From Eledone cirrhosa (Eukaryota), in NCBI GenBank assembly GCA_964016885.1, contig OZ024743.1, forward strand, positions 165,168,001 to 165,232,000: a stretch of 64,000 nt of DNA, written 5' to 3'. The notes beneath the pieces were generated by a model. The model had not been told where the DNA came from. It made no database searches and saw only the letters and a list, made by a program, of their open reading frames with translations. This document shows, piece after piece, positions 1-12,790 of the stretch. The position numbers were made by a program, and so were the translations under genes. The stretch's first letter is position 1, and each line of letters opens with the position of its first letter.

Positions 1-3000
1 CCAATAAGACACACCAAACTTTGTGTTAATAAGAAGAGCTAACCAAGAACTGATGACCCTAATAGCACAAAGTGGGGAAATTGAGAAAGAAGGGGAGATT
101 TTTGCCATCAGTACTTTCAAAGTAACACAATCACAGATAATTTTGTGAATGGCACCACAAACATATAAAAAAATTAGATAGAGCTTCCTGAAGGATGGAA
201 TCTCAAATATAAAAGCAACAAGCAGGCTTTTAAATGAATTCCCAAAAGAACACCCATCAGACATGGAGATTGAATCACCAGCCATGGAGATTGAACCACC
301 TGATCTCTAACAGAGCCCAGAGGGTAAGTAGCCCCACACCTAATTTTTTTCCTCTTTTGATCAACCAGCCAACATGGTTATCTTAAGAATTGGTTACATA
401 AATGTTTGTGGTCAGGAGTTGTCCTGGAAGCATGGTCACTTGCTGAATGACCTCAGGTCACTTGATATGGATGTGATTTCTGACACACGCGCACTAGACC
501 CCATTTTTGATGACTATCAGATTTTCACATTTCTTAGTTGGATGGGAATGGGCGGTGGGGTGGCAGTACTGTTTAGGAAAGGACAATCTTCCTGGACCTG
601 GATGGTGAGTTTGTGGTCCTGGATGTGAACAATAGCGAAGGTGGGGCTGGACGGCCAGACTTCTTTAGGCACCCAGAAGCCTTTCTGGTAACATCTCACC
701 CTTTACTGGGATTGTGTGGGAGTAGCTGATTGGAGCAGGGGTGCAAAAGCCTAAAGTACCTGATCAGCCAGTTCCAACTGTCTGATGTTATCGGCCTTTT
801 GCAGCACTCAGCATAGGCAGGTGAGAGTTGCGGAAGGCCATCAAGGTAGGAATTGATGTCTTCTACCATCTCTCCCCCGAACAGCCAAAAGGCTGTACAC
901 ATCTGCCTGGAATTGTTCGGCATGTGTTCATCTCAGTGCGCCAGTGTTGACCTGGACCAACTGCATAGGGTAATCTAGATCGTATATAGATAGGTTTTCC
1001 ACATTTCCAAATGATTGCCTATTCAAATTTGGGATCTGCACAGAATATGTAAGCTAGACTTGGTTACTGGAAGCTGAACATGTCATTCCTGGTGCATAAA
1101 GCCGAGAGCGGATCACCACTTTAGTTAAGTGTAAGTTGACAGGGGGAGGGGTCATCAACAGCAGGTGGTGGAGTGCTCTCAAGAGTGAGATTGGAGAAGT
1201 TCCAATGGGTTTTAGTAAAGTAGTATTAGAAAAAAATAGAAAGGAGGGGAGCTGGTAGCTAAGTTAGTTGAGGCAATAAGAAGTGGCATTACAACTAACG
1301 TGCTAGCAGCGAGAATGCCATTAGACCATTTCTTCAATGCAAAACACGAAGGTTTGCATTGTCAGAGCTAGACACATGCTCTAAGAAAAGAAAGCACAAA
1401 AGCTATTCGATGGGCCTGAGTGACAGAGGCACAGAGTGGTAGCAAAATAGACCGAGATGAACACATGCCGAACAATTCCAGGCAGATGTGTACAGCCTTT
1501 TGGCTGTTCGGGGGAGAGATGGTAGAAGACATCAATTCCTACCTTGATGGCCTTCCGCAACTCTCACCTGCCTATGCTGAATGCTGCAAAAGGCCGATAA
1601 CATCAGCCAAGATTTGGAATACCCTGATCAGTTGCATGAGGCGTAAGTCACCTGGTTTGGATAGTCTGCCCAAGTTTTACATAGATATGCCAGACTTGTT
1701 CTTCGATCTCCTTGAAGCGATCTACTGCAACTGGCAGCAGACCAGGAATATTCCCAGTTCTGTGAGTCGAGTCATAGTAACACTGATTAGGAAAGATGAG
1801 AACAAGGCAGCTGGCTTTGTGTCCTGTCTTCAGAGGCTGGATCACTGCAATGCACAGAGGCATCTGCTTGGTGGTCAACGTAAATGGCCACCTTTCGGAA
1901 CTGTTTTAGATCACGCAATCAGTCTGTGAACAGTGCCCTCTCTCCTCCCTTCTGTACATATTGACTCCCAAGCCTTTACTGGAGAAGCTAGAGCTGTTGC
2001 AGGGCATCCCGCTCAAACCTGGACATAGAAGGGCTGCGTCAGCATATGCTAATGACACCACCGTGATGGTGTCAAACACCTCGGAGATCGAGGTGGTTGG
2101 CACCTTCTTAGAAGAATATGAAAGGTTCATGGGAGCAAAACTGAACCTAGAAAAGTCAGTGGGTTTGCAACTCAGCACCTGGAGAAACACATCTGTGCTG
2201 TTCAACAGCGTCGTTGGACACTGGATGGATGGATCGGTGAAGTTGCTCTGGGTCTGGTTCAAGAACTGTGACGAGGTAATGAGCAGGATGGCCACTCTCA
2301 CTCAGAAATGGGCTGAGAAAAATCTATCCCTAAAAAGTCAGGTGAAGGTGGTGAATGCGTACAACACATCTGTCATTTATTACCGCCTGACAGTCGTGTC
2401 TTGCCCCCATCTGCACCTCATCAAATTGGAACGCCTGCTATTCAACTTTTTGTAGAAGGGACAGGTGCCACAGGGAGGTGATCTATTTTCTGCCAACACC
2501 CTCTATGCAGTGGGATGGGTGTGCCATGGATGATTATACACAAACATGGCTGATGCTGTGGCATCTTCAGATATTCTTAAATGATGAACAGGTGTGGTCA
2601 CCGTTTCTGAGACCATGACTGAGCGCACTCTAGAGTTCCATAGAGGATTAGTGGTGGGCACGTGCGACGAGGCTCTGAGTGTCAATGAAATCAAACTGAC
2701 CAGTCTGTTTTGGAGGACTTTCGAGCTGGGGACTATGGATAACTTCCAGAAATCCCTTGCTTGACAATGCTACCAGGGGGCACTGCCAGTTTGAGATAAA
2801 CTCTACAAGCATGGAAGTGCAGTCAGACAGACCGGTCCAAGATGCACACAGAGTGATGAAACTATTCTGCATGTACTCATCCAGTGTCTGTGCATTAATG
2901 ACTTGTGGAGCTATGTTGAACAGCTGTTATCATGTGTGGGACTGATCCGGCTATCAACCAAGGCCATCGTGAAGATCGCCCCGCCGCATTCTTTTGGCCG

Positions 3001-3490
3001 GGATGGGCAGGAAGTTTTCCTGTCTAATGGCTGTAGCAAAAGAGGTCATGTGGTGGACGAGGCTGAAAGGACTGAAGACACACTCTTTCTCTTCAGCCAA
3101 TCCCTCATCAACGTTTTCAAGTTTCGCTTGGAAAGGAAGGTAAAGGTGAAGAGAGAAGTACTGCCCTGCAGTACATTTGATGGGTGAATGTTGAGAGGAT
3201 ACCCATGAAAATGGGCCTACTTTGAACATGTGCCTGTAAGCTGGTTGATTTGGAGAGGAAAGGGGCACCCTCCTTGGGTGCTCGTGGAGCATCAGGTGGT
3301 TCAGGATTGGTGGGGTTCCTGAGTTGCACCTGGATGGTTCTCCTATTGGGGAATTTGTATTGTTATAATTCTTTTGTTTACTGTTATTTATTCATTTGTT
3401 TTTAGTCAATTTTATTGTAAACCTCCATGGTCCTTGTCTATTATATTGTCCCCTATATGTAGGCCAAAAAAGAAATTATTATTATTATTT
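1..3490 (+). mobile_element. Degenerate L1/Tx1-clade non-LTR retrotransposon (end of ORF1, APE-RT ORF2, 3' UTR)
   Basis: APE start MVILRIGYINVCG (374), RT motifs KSPGLDSLP..FY and SAYANDTTV (decayed YADD), GAKLNLEKS. Many frameshifts and an (ATT)n tail near 3475-3490. Confidence 0.85.
782..934 (-). repeat. 153-bp inverted copy of 1454..1606 inserted in the Tx1 element
   Basis: The reverse complement matches 1454..1606 with one mismatch. The same peptide appears in ORFs 696..923(-) and 1420..1929(+). Confidence 0.95.
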
Positions 3491-3665
3491 ACAGCATAGA
3501 GTTACGACTTTTTGTTCTGAGTTCAAATTCTGCTGAGGTTAGTTTTGCCTTGCATCCTTACAGGGTCGATAAAATAAAGTACCAGCATTGGACTGGGACT
3601 GATTTAATCGACTTACCCCTCCCCTTCAAATTGCTGGCCTTGTGCCTAAAGTAGAAACAATTATT
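3491..3665 (+). mobile_element. tRNA-derived SINE family A, 5'-truncated copy
   Basis: B-box GAGTTCAAATTC, core ttgccttgcatccttacagggtcgataaaataaagtaccag and tail gtagaaacaattatt, all shared with many copies in the window. Confidence 0.8.
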
Positions 3666-3947
3666 ATCATGATTGTTATATCATAATCATTATCGAAGAC
3701 GACGTGGAGCTATAAAGAAGTACAACATCCTAAGCAATGTTGTTCTTATAGTTATCAGAACAAGCATCTAATCACTCACTCAATCAATTACACAGTAATA
3801 TTTCTGAAAGAAACGTTAATCAATAATAAAATATACAAGTTAGAGGAAACAGCATATCAAAACAAAGAAAATCAAAGCAAAAAATAAAAATAAACACACA
3901 CACAAATGTAATACAATTCAAATAAACAAGAATTTTTATTTTTTCAC

Positions 3948-4046
3948 CTCTTTTCTTGTCGCTTTTCCAGCTTCTTCCATTAATTCATCAACTACTTTCT
4001 GTAAATGATTGATTTGTTCTTGTTTCTGGGAAGAAACTTCTTTAGC
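3948..4046 (-). CDS. SCLT1: SCLT1-like exon 14: AKEVSSQKQEQINHLQKVVDELMEEAGKATRKE (gene continues beyond window start)
   Basis: Acceptor tctttgctgcag|, donor GAG|gtgaaa. 99 nt. Similar to human ALLEEKQKEEDIEKMKETVSRFVQDATIRTKKE. Confidence 0.9.
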
Positions 4047-4191
4047 CTGCAGCAAAGATAGAAAAAGATTTACAAACAGCAAAAGATTTTACTAAACAGA
4101 AACATTAACACTTAAGAATTAACAACAAAAAAAGAAAAGAAAAGGATCAGTCACAAATAAATAACAAAAGTTATAGAACTTGTTTGCTATG

Positions 4192-5978
4192 TACTCTTGG
4201 GTCCCAAATAATAGTGGGGATTGGAATAAGCGCAGGAGATGGAATCGATAGTTTTTCTAAGTTAACTCTCTTGATATTTTTTTAAATACAGAATTAGTTG
4301 TTTAGTTTACATAGTGAAAACCCAATCCATCCTATTTATTTTATAACATATGGGATTTCTTGTAATGTTCTTTTTTTGTCATCTATAATGCTTTTTAATG
4401 TCTAAAGAAAATCAATTGTCTTCTTCTCCCACTGATTCCTGTCAGAAGCAAGTCCCCAACTGATTTGGCTGGATCCCCAAGCGAGACCAGCCTAGCTCAT
4501 GGATGTTATCCAAACATCTTGCTCAGGGATACCCCTGGGTCTCCTGCCAGTTGATTTTGACTCTAAAATTTATCCAGCAATTCTTTCCCCGAGACATTCT
4601 AACCACATGCCTATAGTATTGGAACTGTGATCTCTTAATTCAGAAAAGTAGCGGCTCTACCTAGAGTGACTCTCTGATCTCTGAGCTATGCACTCTATTG
4701 AGTATCATTACTCCAAAGACCCTTTGGGGGAACCCCATTTCGGCTGCTTGTATTCTTTCAGTCATTACCTAAGATTCATGACCATATGTAAGGATTGGCA
4801 TGAATACTAATTTGAAGATAGTTTGGCTTTGACACCTACCGCTCTTCTGATGACTGAATGCAGAAGCTGGCACATTACTGTACTAGCTCTTGCAATTCTT
4901 GCACTTAATTCAGCCTCCTCCCTTCCATCACATGTGAACATAGCCCCAAGATACTTGAACATCTCCCCCTGCTTCAGTGGAACTCCACTCACATATAGTG
5001 TGTTCTGCGCAGGCCTCCTTGAGAGGACAAGTGTCTCAGTTTTTGCAGCACAGATTTTCATACCAGCCATGCAGCACTCAGCATCAAACCTAGTGAGTGC
5101 AAGTCAGCAATCACCTTCTATCGAGTTAAATAACACCATGTCGTCTGCAAATTCCAGCCAACTGATTTTATACCTGCCAGTCATGATACCACTTTCAACC
5201 TGGTTGCGCATGTCAATCCTGTTCATGAAAATAATGAACAAGTGAGGTGATAGTACACACCCTTGATAGAGTCCGACTCCGACATTGAATGGTTTCGACT
5301 TAGCACCATTTATCCGAACACAAATACTCAAGTATTTGTATAAAGACATCAGGGCAGCAAGAAGCTGACCATCAATTCCATACTCCTGCACAACCTGCCA
5401 CAGTAGGTCCCGTGGAACACAGTCATACGCTTTCTTCAGGTCAACAAAACATGAATATACTTCTTGGCAATACTACCACGATTTCTCGAATACCTGCTGC
5501 AGTGTAAATATTTGGTCAGCTGTGCTGCGTCCGGGGCAAAAACTGTACTGGTCATCAGCTAGCTTGGACACAACAATCTACCTGCATCTCTTTTGCCGGA
5601 CACTTAGCATAGACTTTACTGGGGAGGCTTAACAAGATCCCTCTACTTGGAACAATCTCTCTTGTCTCTCTTGATTCTTTTTTCAAAATCAGAATTAGTC
5701 GTTTAGTTTGCATACTGAAACCCCTACCCATCTTATTTATTTTATAACGTATGAGATTTCTTGTAATGTTCTTTTTTTGTCATATATAATGCTTTTTAAT
5801 GTCTAAAGAAAATCAATTGTTGCAGGAATGCTACCACGTAAAATGAAATTTCACCGGCGATAGATTAGCAAAATTCAACAAGCAGGGGGCAGAGTGGGAG
5901 TGAAATAAGAGTGGGGTGTTGGGAAAAATTTGACAAATTAAGTCTGTGTGTGGGGGAATTATTTGAGACACGAGAGTA
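4192..5978. mobile_element. TA-flanked MITE (Tc1/mariner-type ends) interrupted by an RTE; related copies at ~8576-8950 and ~60342-60655
   Basis: Terminal inverted repeats TACTCTTGGGTCCCAAATAAT ... ATTATTTGAGACACGAGAGTA. The AT-rich body recurs three times in the window. Confidence 0.7.
4420..5665 (-). mobile_element. RTE-clade LINE family A (no PHD), 5'-truncated
   Basis: ORFs 5104..5391 and 4807..5070 contain QGCVLSP, FADD and FKYLG. Confidence 0.9.
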
Positions 5979-6384
5979 AATTCCCTGCTCCCACTTTTAT
6001 TTTGGAAAATGAAATACACAGCTCATACTTATTATGCAAGTTTAGCTGGCTTCATACGAGGTTTCATCTTATTGAAGGTTTCTCAGATAGGGGGTCCAGC
6101 CCTATCACGCACGCACATGAAATGATGTACCTTGCTCAAGAACACACAGCCTTATGATCATGAGTCCAATATCCTAACCATTAGGCCATGCACCTTAACA
6201 ATTCCAAAACAAATATTAACAGTAAGGAAAAAAAGATCAGTCACAAAAAAATACCAAAAATTTATATGGGACCCACTTGCTATATACCCACCTCCTTTCA
6301 TTTTGATAAGGATTCAGTGTTATTCTTGCTTCACCTTGTGTTTCCAATATACTTATCAATTTATTTTGGTGGGCTTCATTTTAC

Positions 6385-7040
6385 TTTTTACATTTTTACT
6401 GTCTTTGGTCATTAGACAGTGGCCATACAGGGATTTAGTAGATCATATCGCCCCCAGTAAATATTTTTTTAGGTCTGGTACTTATTTTCTCGATCTCTTT
6501 TTTGTCAAACCACTAAATTACGGACATAAACACAAACACATACGAACACACATGCATGAGGATCCATCAGTTGTGTCAAGGACATGGCAATCTCCTTATG
6601 CTGTGAAGTGGTTGGTGATAGGAAGGGTATACAGCTGTAGAAAGCTTTACAAATAAAGGGCTGGATGGCCCCTTCAGTTATGTCAAAACATAACTTCCCT
6701 AGTGCTGGTGCCACAATAAAACACACTCAATAGAACAGGGAACCATATGTAAACAAGAATGTGGGTACCTGGCCTGTCTGGGATGTCAGTAAACCCACTT
6801 TAGTACTGACTCGGTTTGTGAAGACCTATCCAACCCTGGCTAACAGAGAAAGCAAACGTTAAATGATGATGGTGATGATAAGCTTCTGTAGTTTCCATCT
6901 ATCAAATTCCACTCACAAGTCATTGGTCAACTTGAGGCAATGGTAGAAGACACTTGCCCAAAGTGCCATATAGCAGGACTGAACCCAGAACTATGTGGCT
7001 GCAAATTGGATTCCTTAGCCACACAACCATGCCTACACCC
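6385..7040 (-). mobile_element. Old tRNA-derived octopus-type SINE, interrupted by an RTE-tail element; related copy at ~10090-10395
   Basis: Diagnostic blocks tttccatctatcaaattccactcacaag...agaagacacttgcccaa.gtgcca...ggactgaaccc. Confidence 0.65.
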
Positions 7041-7169
7041 ATATATGTAAATAGCATATTTTATACTATGTTCATAATTTCCAACCTTTCACACCATTTT
7101 AATGTTGCAATGTAGAGTAAGAAGAATCCCAAACTACTTCAGCTTATAAATGCTCCCCCCACTCTCTTT

Positions 7170-8075
7170 CTCATCATCGTTTAATATCTGTTTTCTTGGC
7201 TAGCAAGGGTTGGACATGTCATCAGAGACCAGTCAATACTCAAGTGGAGACTCTGACCTCCAGGTGAGTAGGAAGTCTGACATATGATCCTCCACTCTAC
7301 TAGGTGAATTTTATCCTGACACCAACACTAGGGAAGTTGTCATGTCTAAGAGTTGACTGAAGAGTTCCCCTGACTCTTTGGTAAGTTTTCTTTGGCTGGG
7401 TCAATTCAAGTTGAAGCTGGTAGATGGGTTTTCACCAGTAAGGCATGTTAACAATTCTTTGTCATCTCTGTTAAGTTCGGCTCTCACTATTCCAGTGTCT
7501 ATCTTGCTTTCTGGTGCAAACAAAGTCTATTTGGCTTAAATGCCCCCCTGATTAGCAGGTAATCAGGTGGGCTGGCTGGTTTCCTGCAGTTGCAGATAGT
7601 TAAATCACAAGCATCACAGAACTCCAGAAGACTTGGCTCCTCCTCATTTCTTATACCATACCTGCCAATCGTTTTTGTCTTGAAACAAAATGTATTTTAT
7701 GCTCAGTCAACCTTGCTGCCTGTGTCTCTGGTGAATACCCATGGAATTAAAAAGAAACAAAACAACAACCACGAATAGATAAGTCTATCCGAGTTATATT
7801 TGGAATTAACTTCTCTCAACTCTCTCTCCCTCCTTTCTATGGTTCTCTATTTTCAATTATTTCAATGTTTTGAATGCTTTTTAAATGCTTTGGTCTCTCG
7901 CAAAATAAAACCCAGCCTTGGATCTATCATCTCTGCATCCCTCCCACCCACCACCTTCCAGTTAGCTGTTGTGGTAGACATGGCTTTCACCCACCCTTCC
8001 TTCTGGTCTCCAAATTATGAGCAAGATGTGGCCCAGCCAACTGGCCTATCCCTCCTCATAATGGTGCCATCCAGT
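7170..8075 (-). mobile_element. Heavily deleted RTE remnant
   Basis: RTE-type (CAT)n tail at 7173 and an APE-region remnant EFCDACDLTICN on the minus strand near 7570-7625. Confidence 0.5.
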
Positions 8076-9159
8076 TCCAGGCTCCCAAACTGTGGTCCTG
8101 CTGTGTGAATGGTTCGATGTGGCCAAACGGCCTGTCCTTCCTCCAGTTACCCACTGTAAATGTGGTTGCTGTCAGGAAGGGCATCCAGCTGTAAAAGCCC
8201 CAGCCAAATTTATAATAGTCCCATCAAAGTATAGTGACAAAAAGCACCTAATACACACTCTAAATGTGGTTGGCATTAGGAATGGCATCCAACTGTAGAA
8301 ACCAAGCCAGAATCAGTTCTGTATGAGCAAGGCACAGTCACCTGATCTGACTTGTCTCACAAAAGTTAAAATGGTGATGATGATGATGTATCCATATGTT
8401 GCTAGATGAAGGAGTGGAAACAGGTTTCGTGTGAGCAACAGATGACATATGGTCATAATCTGCCTTTGCATATACCTACAGTCACCCCCCCCCCCCCCCC
8501 CCCCACCACCACACTTCATATACATGTATGGGAGCGACATGTCAACATAGGTCAGTGAGAATTTATAAGATAGAATACTTTCAGGTCCTAAATAATAGGA
8601 AAGGGGTAGAAAATTGGTAATTTTTTTATTGGTTGTCTCCGTTGATTTTTAAAAAAAAACAGAATTAGTCATTTAGTTTACATATTGAGACCCCCAACCC
8701 ATCCTATTTATTTTATAACGTATAAGATTTCTTGTAATGTTCTTTTTTTTTTGTCATAATGTTTTGTATAATGTTTTTTAATGTCTAAAGGAAATTAATT
8801 GTTGCAGGAACGCTACTGCTTAATATAAAATTCTGCCAGAGATAGATTAGCAAACTTTAATAAGCATAGGGAAGGGGGATGGCATTATTCAAAACCTGAG
8901 TATATATAGCCTCTCTATACTCAATTGGGGTGGATGGGGGAACAGTTTATTGAAACGTCAGCAGTGTGAGATGTGCATTCTCTAGCTAAGACATTAATAG
9001 ATAATTGTGCCCTAATTTTGAAAGGCTTCTTAAATAATAAGCAGATTTTAAAATAGTGGTAAACAGTTTTTAAATATTAAGTCAGATAGTTTTAAGCATA
9101 TCAGTTCGTTTTGAATGGTGGTAAACAGTGTACATTTAAATGATAATAATAATTATTAT

Positions 9160-9338
9160 TATTTTTACTTTTAGCACAAGGCCAGCAATTATCCCAGTGT
9201 ATTACTGGTACTTTATTTGATCGACCCTGTAAGGATGAAAGTTAACCTTGGCGAGATTTGAACTCAGACCATAAAGGGCCGTAACTTGCTGCAAAGCATG
9301 GCATCCGACCCTCTACCGATACTGCCAATCCACCACCC

Positions 9339-9340
<2 letters not shown>
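9160..9340 (-). mobile_element. SINE family A, full length, next to an (AAT)n microsatellite (9339-9381)
   Basis: Head gggtggtggattggcagtatcggtagagggtcgg, B-box gagttcaaatctcgcc, core and tail all present on the minus strand. Confidence 0.85.
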
Positions 9341-9382
<42 letters not shown>

Positions 9383-9695
9383 TAACATCATATTAAGGCC
9401 TAACCAGTTTGCCCTAAATCCCATCAAATTCTTGATTATTTAAAAAATGATAGTGTTAATAATCAATATACACTTGTGGACAGATTGTTATAAAAATTTA
9501 CAGTATTGGAGTAAAGACTTATTAATGTGCTGTTTTGTACTTTTTTAAAAATGGCTTGCTTACATTTTAACTGCAGCAGGCCTTCAAGTGGTACAGAATG
9601 TTAAGAGTTAAATTAAGTGATGCCATTGTACTTGCATGCACACACCCTAACATGGAAACACACACACACAATCAATTTTCTAAAAATTTTTTTAC

Positions 9696-9786
9696 CAAAT
9701 CTTTATCTAGAATTGCATTTTCTACAATTTGTTGAGCATTTTTCCTGTCTTCCGCCATATTCTGGATTTGTTTTTCCAAGTTGGAA
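9696..9786 (-). CDS. SCLT1: SCLT1-like exon 13: SNLEKQIQNMAEDRKNAQQIVENAILDKDL
   Basis: Acceptor gtttacag|, donor TTG|gtaaaa. 91 nt, phase 2 to 0. Similar to human RNSMQLLEEANLQKSQ. Confidence 0.88.
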
Positions 9787-10471
9787 CTGTAAACATCAAC
9801 CAAAAATAATATATATAATAAATAAGTTGTCATTGTTCAAGATTCTTAAATACATGGAAAAAAATTTCTGATATACAAAAAGATGTAATGGTCATCTCTG
9901 GAACAGCTTTAATCATAGGTATGCATCATGAGTGCTGAACAATATTTATAAAATTATAAAATGAGAAAAGTATATTTCAAGAGGGGATAATGTAGCGATG
10001 ATAACAATGAAAACATGAAAGTTTACTAGTATCTCTGCCTTAAGATAAATGAAGTTCTTTCTTTCTTCTTGTGTTTTTTTTCTTCTTCTGGTTTTAGGTA
10101 TTGAACTCGAGGCATGCTTTCAAAGGATTTAATTGATCATATTGGCCCCAGAACTTTTTATTTAAAGTCTGGTACTTATTTTATTGATCATTATTTCTTG
10201 AACTGCTAATTCATTGGATACAGACAAACAGTAAACAGACACACACACATATATATGATGGACTTTTGTATAGTTTCCATCTATGAAATTTCACTTACAA
10301 GACATTGATCAACCTGAAACTGTAGTAGGAAACATGTGCCCAAGGTGCCACACAATGGGACTGAACCAAAATCTGAACACGTTGCCATGCCTGTGTCCAT
10401 TCATATTATTTAAAAGGTAAAAGAAGAATTGCAAGAGATATTTGATTTTTTTTTTTAAGTTACCAAATTAC

Positions 10472-10558
10472 CATTTATCTTGCTGCAGAATAATCCACTT
10501 TTCAAGTTCTGAATTTTTATCTTTCAATTGATTCAGTTCTTCAGTTTGAGTTTTTAAC
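10472..10558 (-). CDS. SCLT1: SCLT1-like exon 12: LKTQTEELNQLKDKNSELEKWIILQQDK(C)
   Basis: Acceptor atatttccag|, donor TG|gtaatt. 87 nt, phase 2 to 2. Similar to human EANQLRTENTHLEKQTRELQAKC. Confidence 0.88.
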
Positions 10559-10664
10559 CTGGAAATATAAATGTATCATGATCACCATCATCATCATTCT
10601 AGTTTAATCCTTTTGGGACCACATTTTAAAAAAGAATATACTGTTTTGTTTTTTTTTTCTGCTT

Positions 10665-12455
10665 TTTTGCACTCAGTTTCATTTCAGCCATGATCAGTAT
10701 CAAACCATGACTCAGCATCAAACCTATCAAGTGCAAGTCGGAGATCACCTTCTGACAAGTTAAATAATACCATGTCGTCTGCAAATTCCAACTAACTGAT
10801 CCTACACCTGCCAGTCATGATACCACTTTCAACCTGGCTGAGCATGTTAATCCTGTTCATGAAAATAATGAACAGGAAAGGTGATAGTCCGCACCCCTGG
10901 GGAAGTCCGACTCCCACATTGAATGGTTTCGATTTAGCACCATTTATCCAAGCACAAATACTTGGGCATTCCTATAGACATCAGAGCAAGAAACTGATCA
11001 TACTTCTGCAGTATCATACCTCCACAGGAACTCCTGATAAACGTGGTTATTTGCTTATTCAAAGTCTACAAAACAAGAATACACCTCTTGGCAGTACTCA
11101 CATGATTTCTCAAAGGCCTGCTGCAGTGTGGATATTTGGTCAACTGTGCTGCATTTGGACTGAAAACTACACTGCTCATCAGCTAACTTGCACTCGACAA
11201 TCTCCTTACATCTCTTTGCCAGACACTTAGCATAGACTTTACCGGGGAGACTTACCAAGAAGATTCCTTTATAATAGGAGCAATTTCTTTTGTCTCCCTT
11301 TTTGAAAATTGGGATTATCATTCCAGATTGCCATTGCTTAGGTGCCATTCCAGAGATTCAGGCCACCCAGCACACATGAGTCAGCCAGAGAATACCTTCT
11401 CTATTTAAAGCTTTTAACATCTCAGGCAGAATTTCATCCTCCTGAGCAACCTTACCACATTTGAGTTCTTTAATTGCTTTTGTGAGATCAGCCCCCGAGA
11501 GATTAGTCATTGCTCCCAGATGCACCTCATGTACATCAGAATATGCTGTTGTGATTGGGTTTAGGAGGCAAGCAAATTATTCTCTCCATCTTGCAAAGAT
11601 GAACCTCTCTTATGAAGTTGGCAGATGGTCTGCCTCAATGCTTTATTTACTGATCTGAAGTCAGATTCCAACTTAACCCCAAAGTCCTCCATTGGACACC
11701 TTTACTGTCTCTGCTGCAATTCTTCATGCATGCTTGTACTGCAAATACGAGAAGGAGGACATATTTCCAAGCCAAGCTTTGTAGGCCTCCTTCTTTGCTC
11801 AGATGGCATCTTTCACCTCTTGCAAAGACTGAGACATTCGTCCCTTCTAGGAAGCCTGTGCAGTGCACTCTACATGTGACTGGAGTTCCACTGAAGCAGG
11901 TGGAGAAGTTTAAGTGTCTCAAGGCCATGTTCATGAGTGATGGAAGGCAGGCGGCTAAATTAAGTGCAAGAATTTCAGGAGCTGGTGCAGTAATGTGCCA
12001 GCTTCCTCATTCAGTCATCAGAAGGGAAGTAGGTGTCAAAACCAAACTATCTTATTCATTCCAACCCTTACCTATGGTCATGGATCTTGGATAATGACCA
12101 AAAAAACACAATCGCAAATACAAGTGGCCGAAATGGGGTTCCTCTGAAGAGTTTGGTAGAGCCGCTGCTTCTCTGAATTGAGAGATCACAACTCTGATAC
12201 TATGGGCATGTAGTTAGAATATATCAGGAAAGAATTGCTGGACAGAAATTTTACGGGTAAAACCAACCAGCAACAGATCCAGACGTAGACCCTAAGCCAG
12301 ATGGTTGGATAACATCCATGAGCTTGGCTAGTTTTGCTTGGGGGACCCAGCTGGATCAGTTGCTTCTGACAAGACTCTCTGGAAGGAATGTTTGAGGACT
12401 CTGCCCCCATGACCCTCTCAAGATGAAGAAAAAGAAAAAGAAAAAGTAGTAGTAG
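10665..12455. mobile_element. RTE family A copy with inverted 5' segment (minus 10665-11818, plus 11819-12455)
   Basis: The minus part encodes the RT N-half (IIPIFKKGDKRNCSYYKGI...FVDFE...FADD). The plus part resumes at AKTETFVPSRKP...FKCLK and runs to the 3' tail. Confidence 0.85.
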
Positions 12456-12461
12456 TAGTTA

Positions 12462-12790
12462 AGGCCTATATCTTGATCTTGTATCAACCTCATCTGTTAG
12501 GCCCAACATCTTGACCTTGTGTCAACCTCATCTGTTAGGCCCAACATCTTGACCTTGTGTCAACCTCATCTGTTAGGCCCAACATCTTGACCTTGTGTGA
12601 AGCTCATCTGTTAGGCCTAACAACTTGAAATTTTGTGTCAATCTCATCTGTTAGGGCCAGCTTCTTGATCTTATAACAATCTCATTTGTTAGGGTCAACT
12701 TCTTCAGATCTTGTATCAATCTCATCTGTTAGGCCCAAACTCTTAAGATCATGTGTCAACCTTATCTGTTAGGCCCAACATCTTGGAATC
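12462..12790. repeat. 38-bp minisatellite, about 8.5 copies (atcttgaccttgtgtcaacctcatctgttaggcccaac)
   Basis: Direct tandem units, nearly identical on the left and decaying to the right. Confidence 0.9.

Noticed and set aside
4090-6270. Weak ~80-bp direct similarity between 4090-4175 and 6205-6270
   Set aside because: It is A-rich and too diverged to interpret without an alignment.
12462-12790. CRISPR-like repeat
   Set aside because: It is a head-to-tail minisatellite without unique spacers, in a eukaryotic context with no cas genes.
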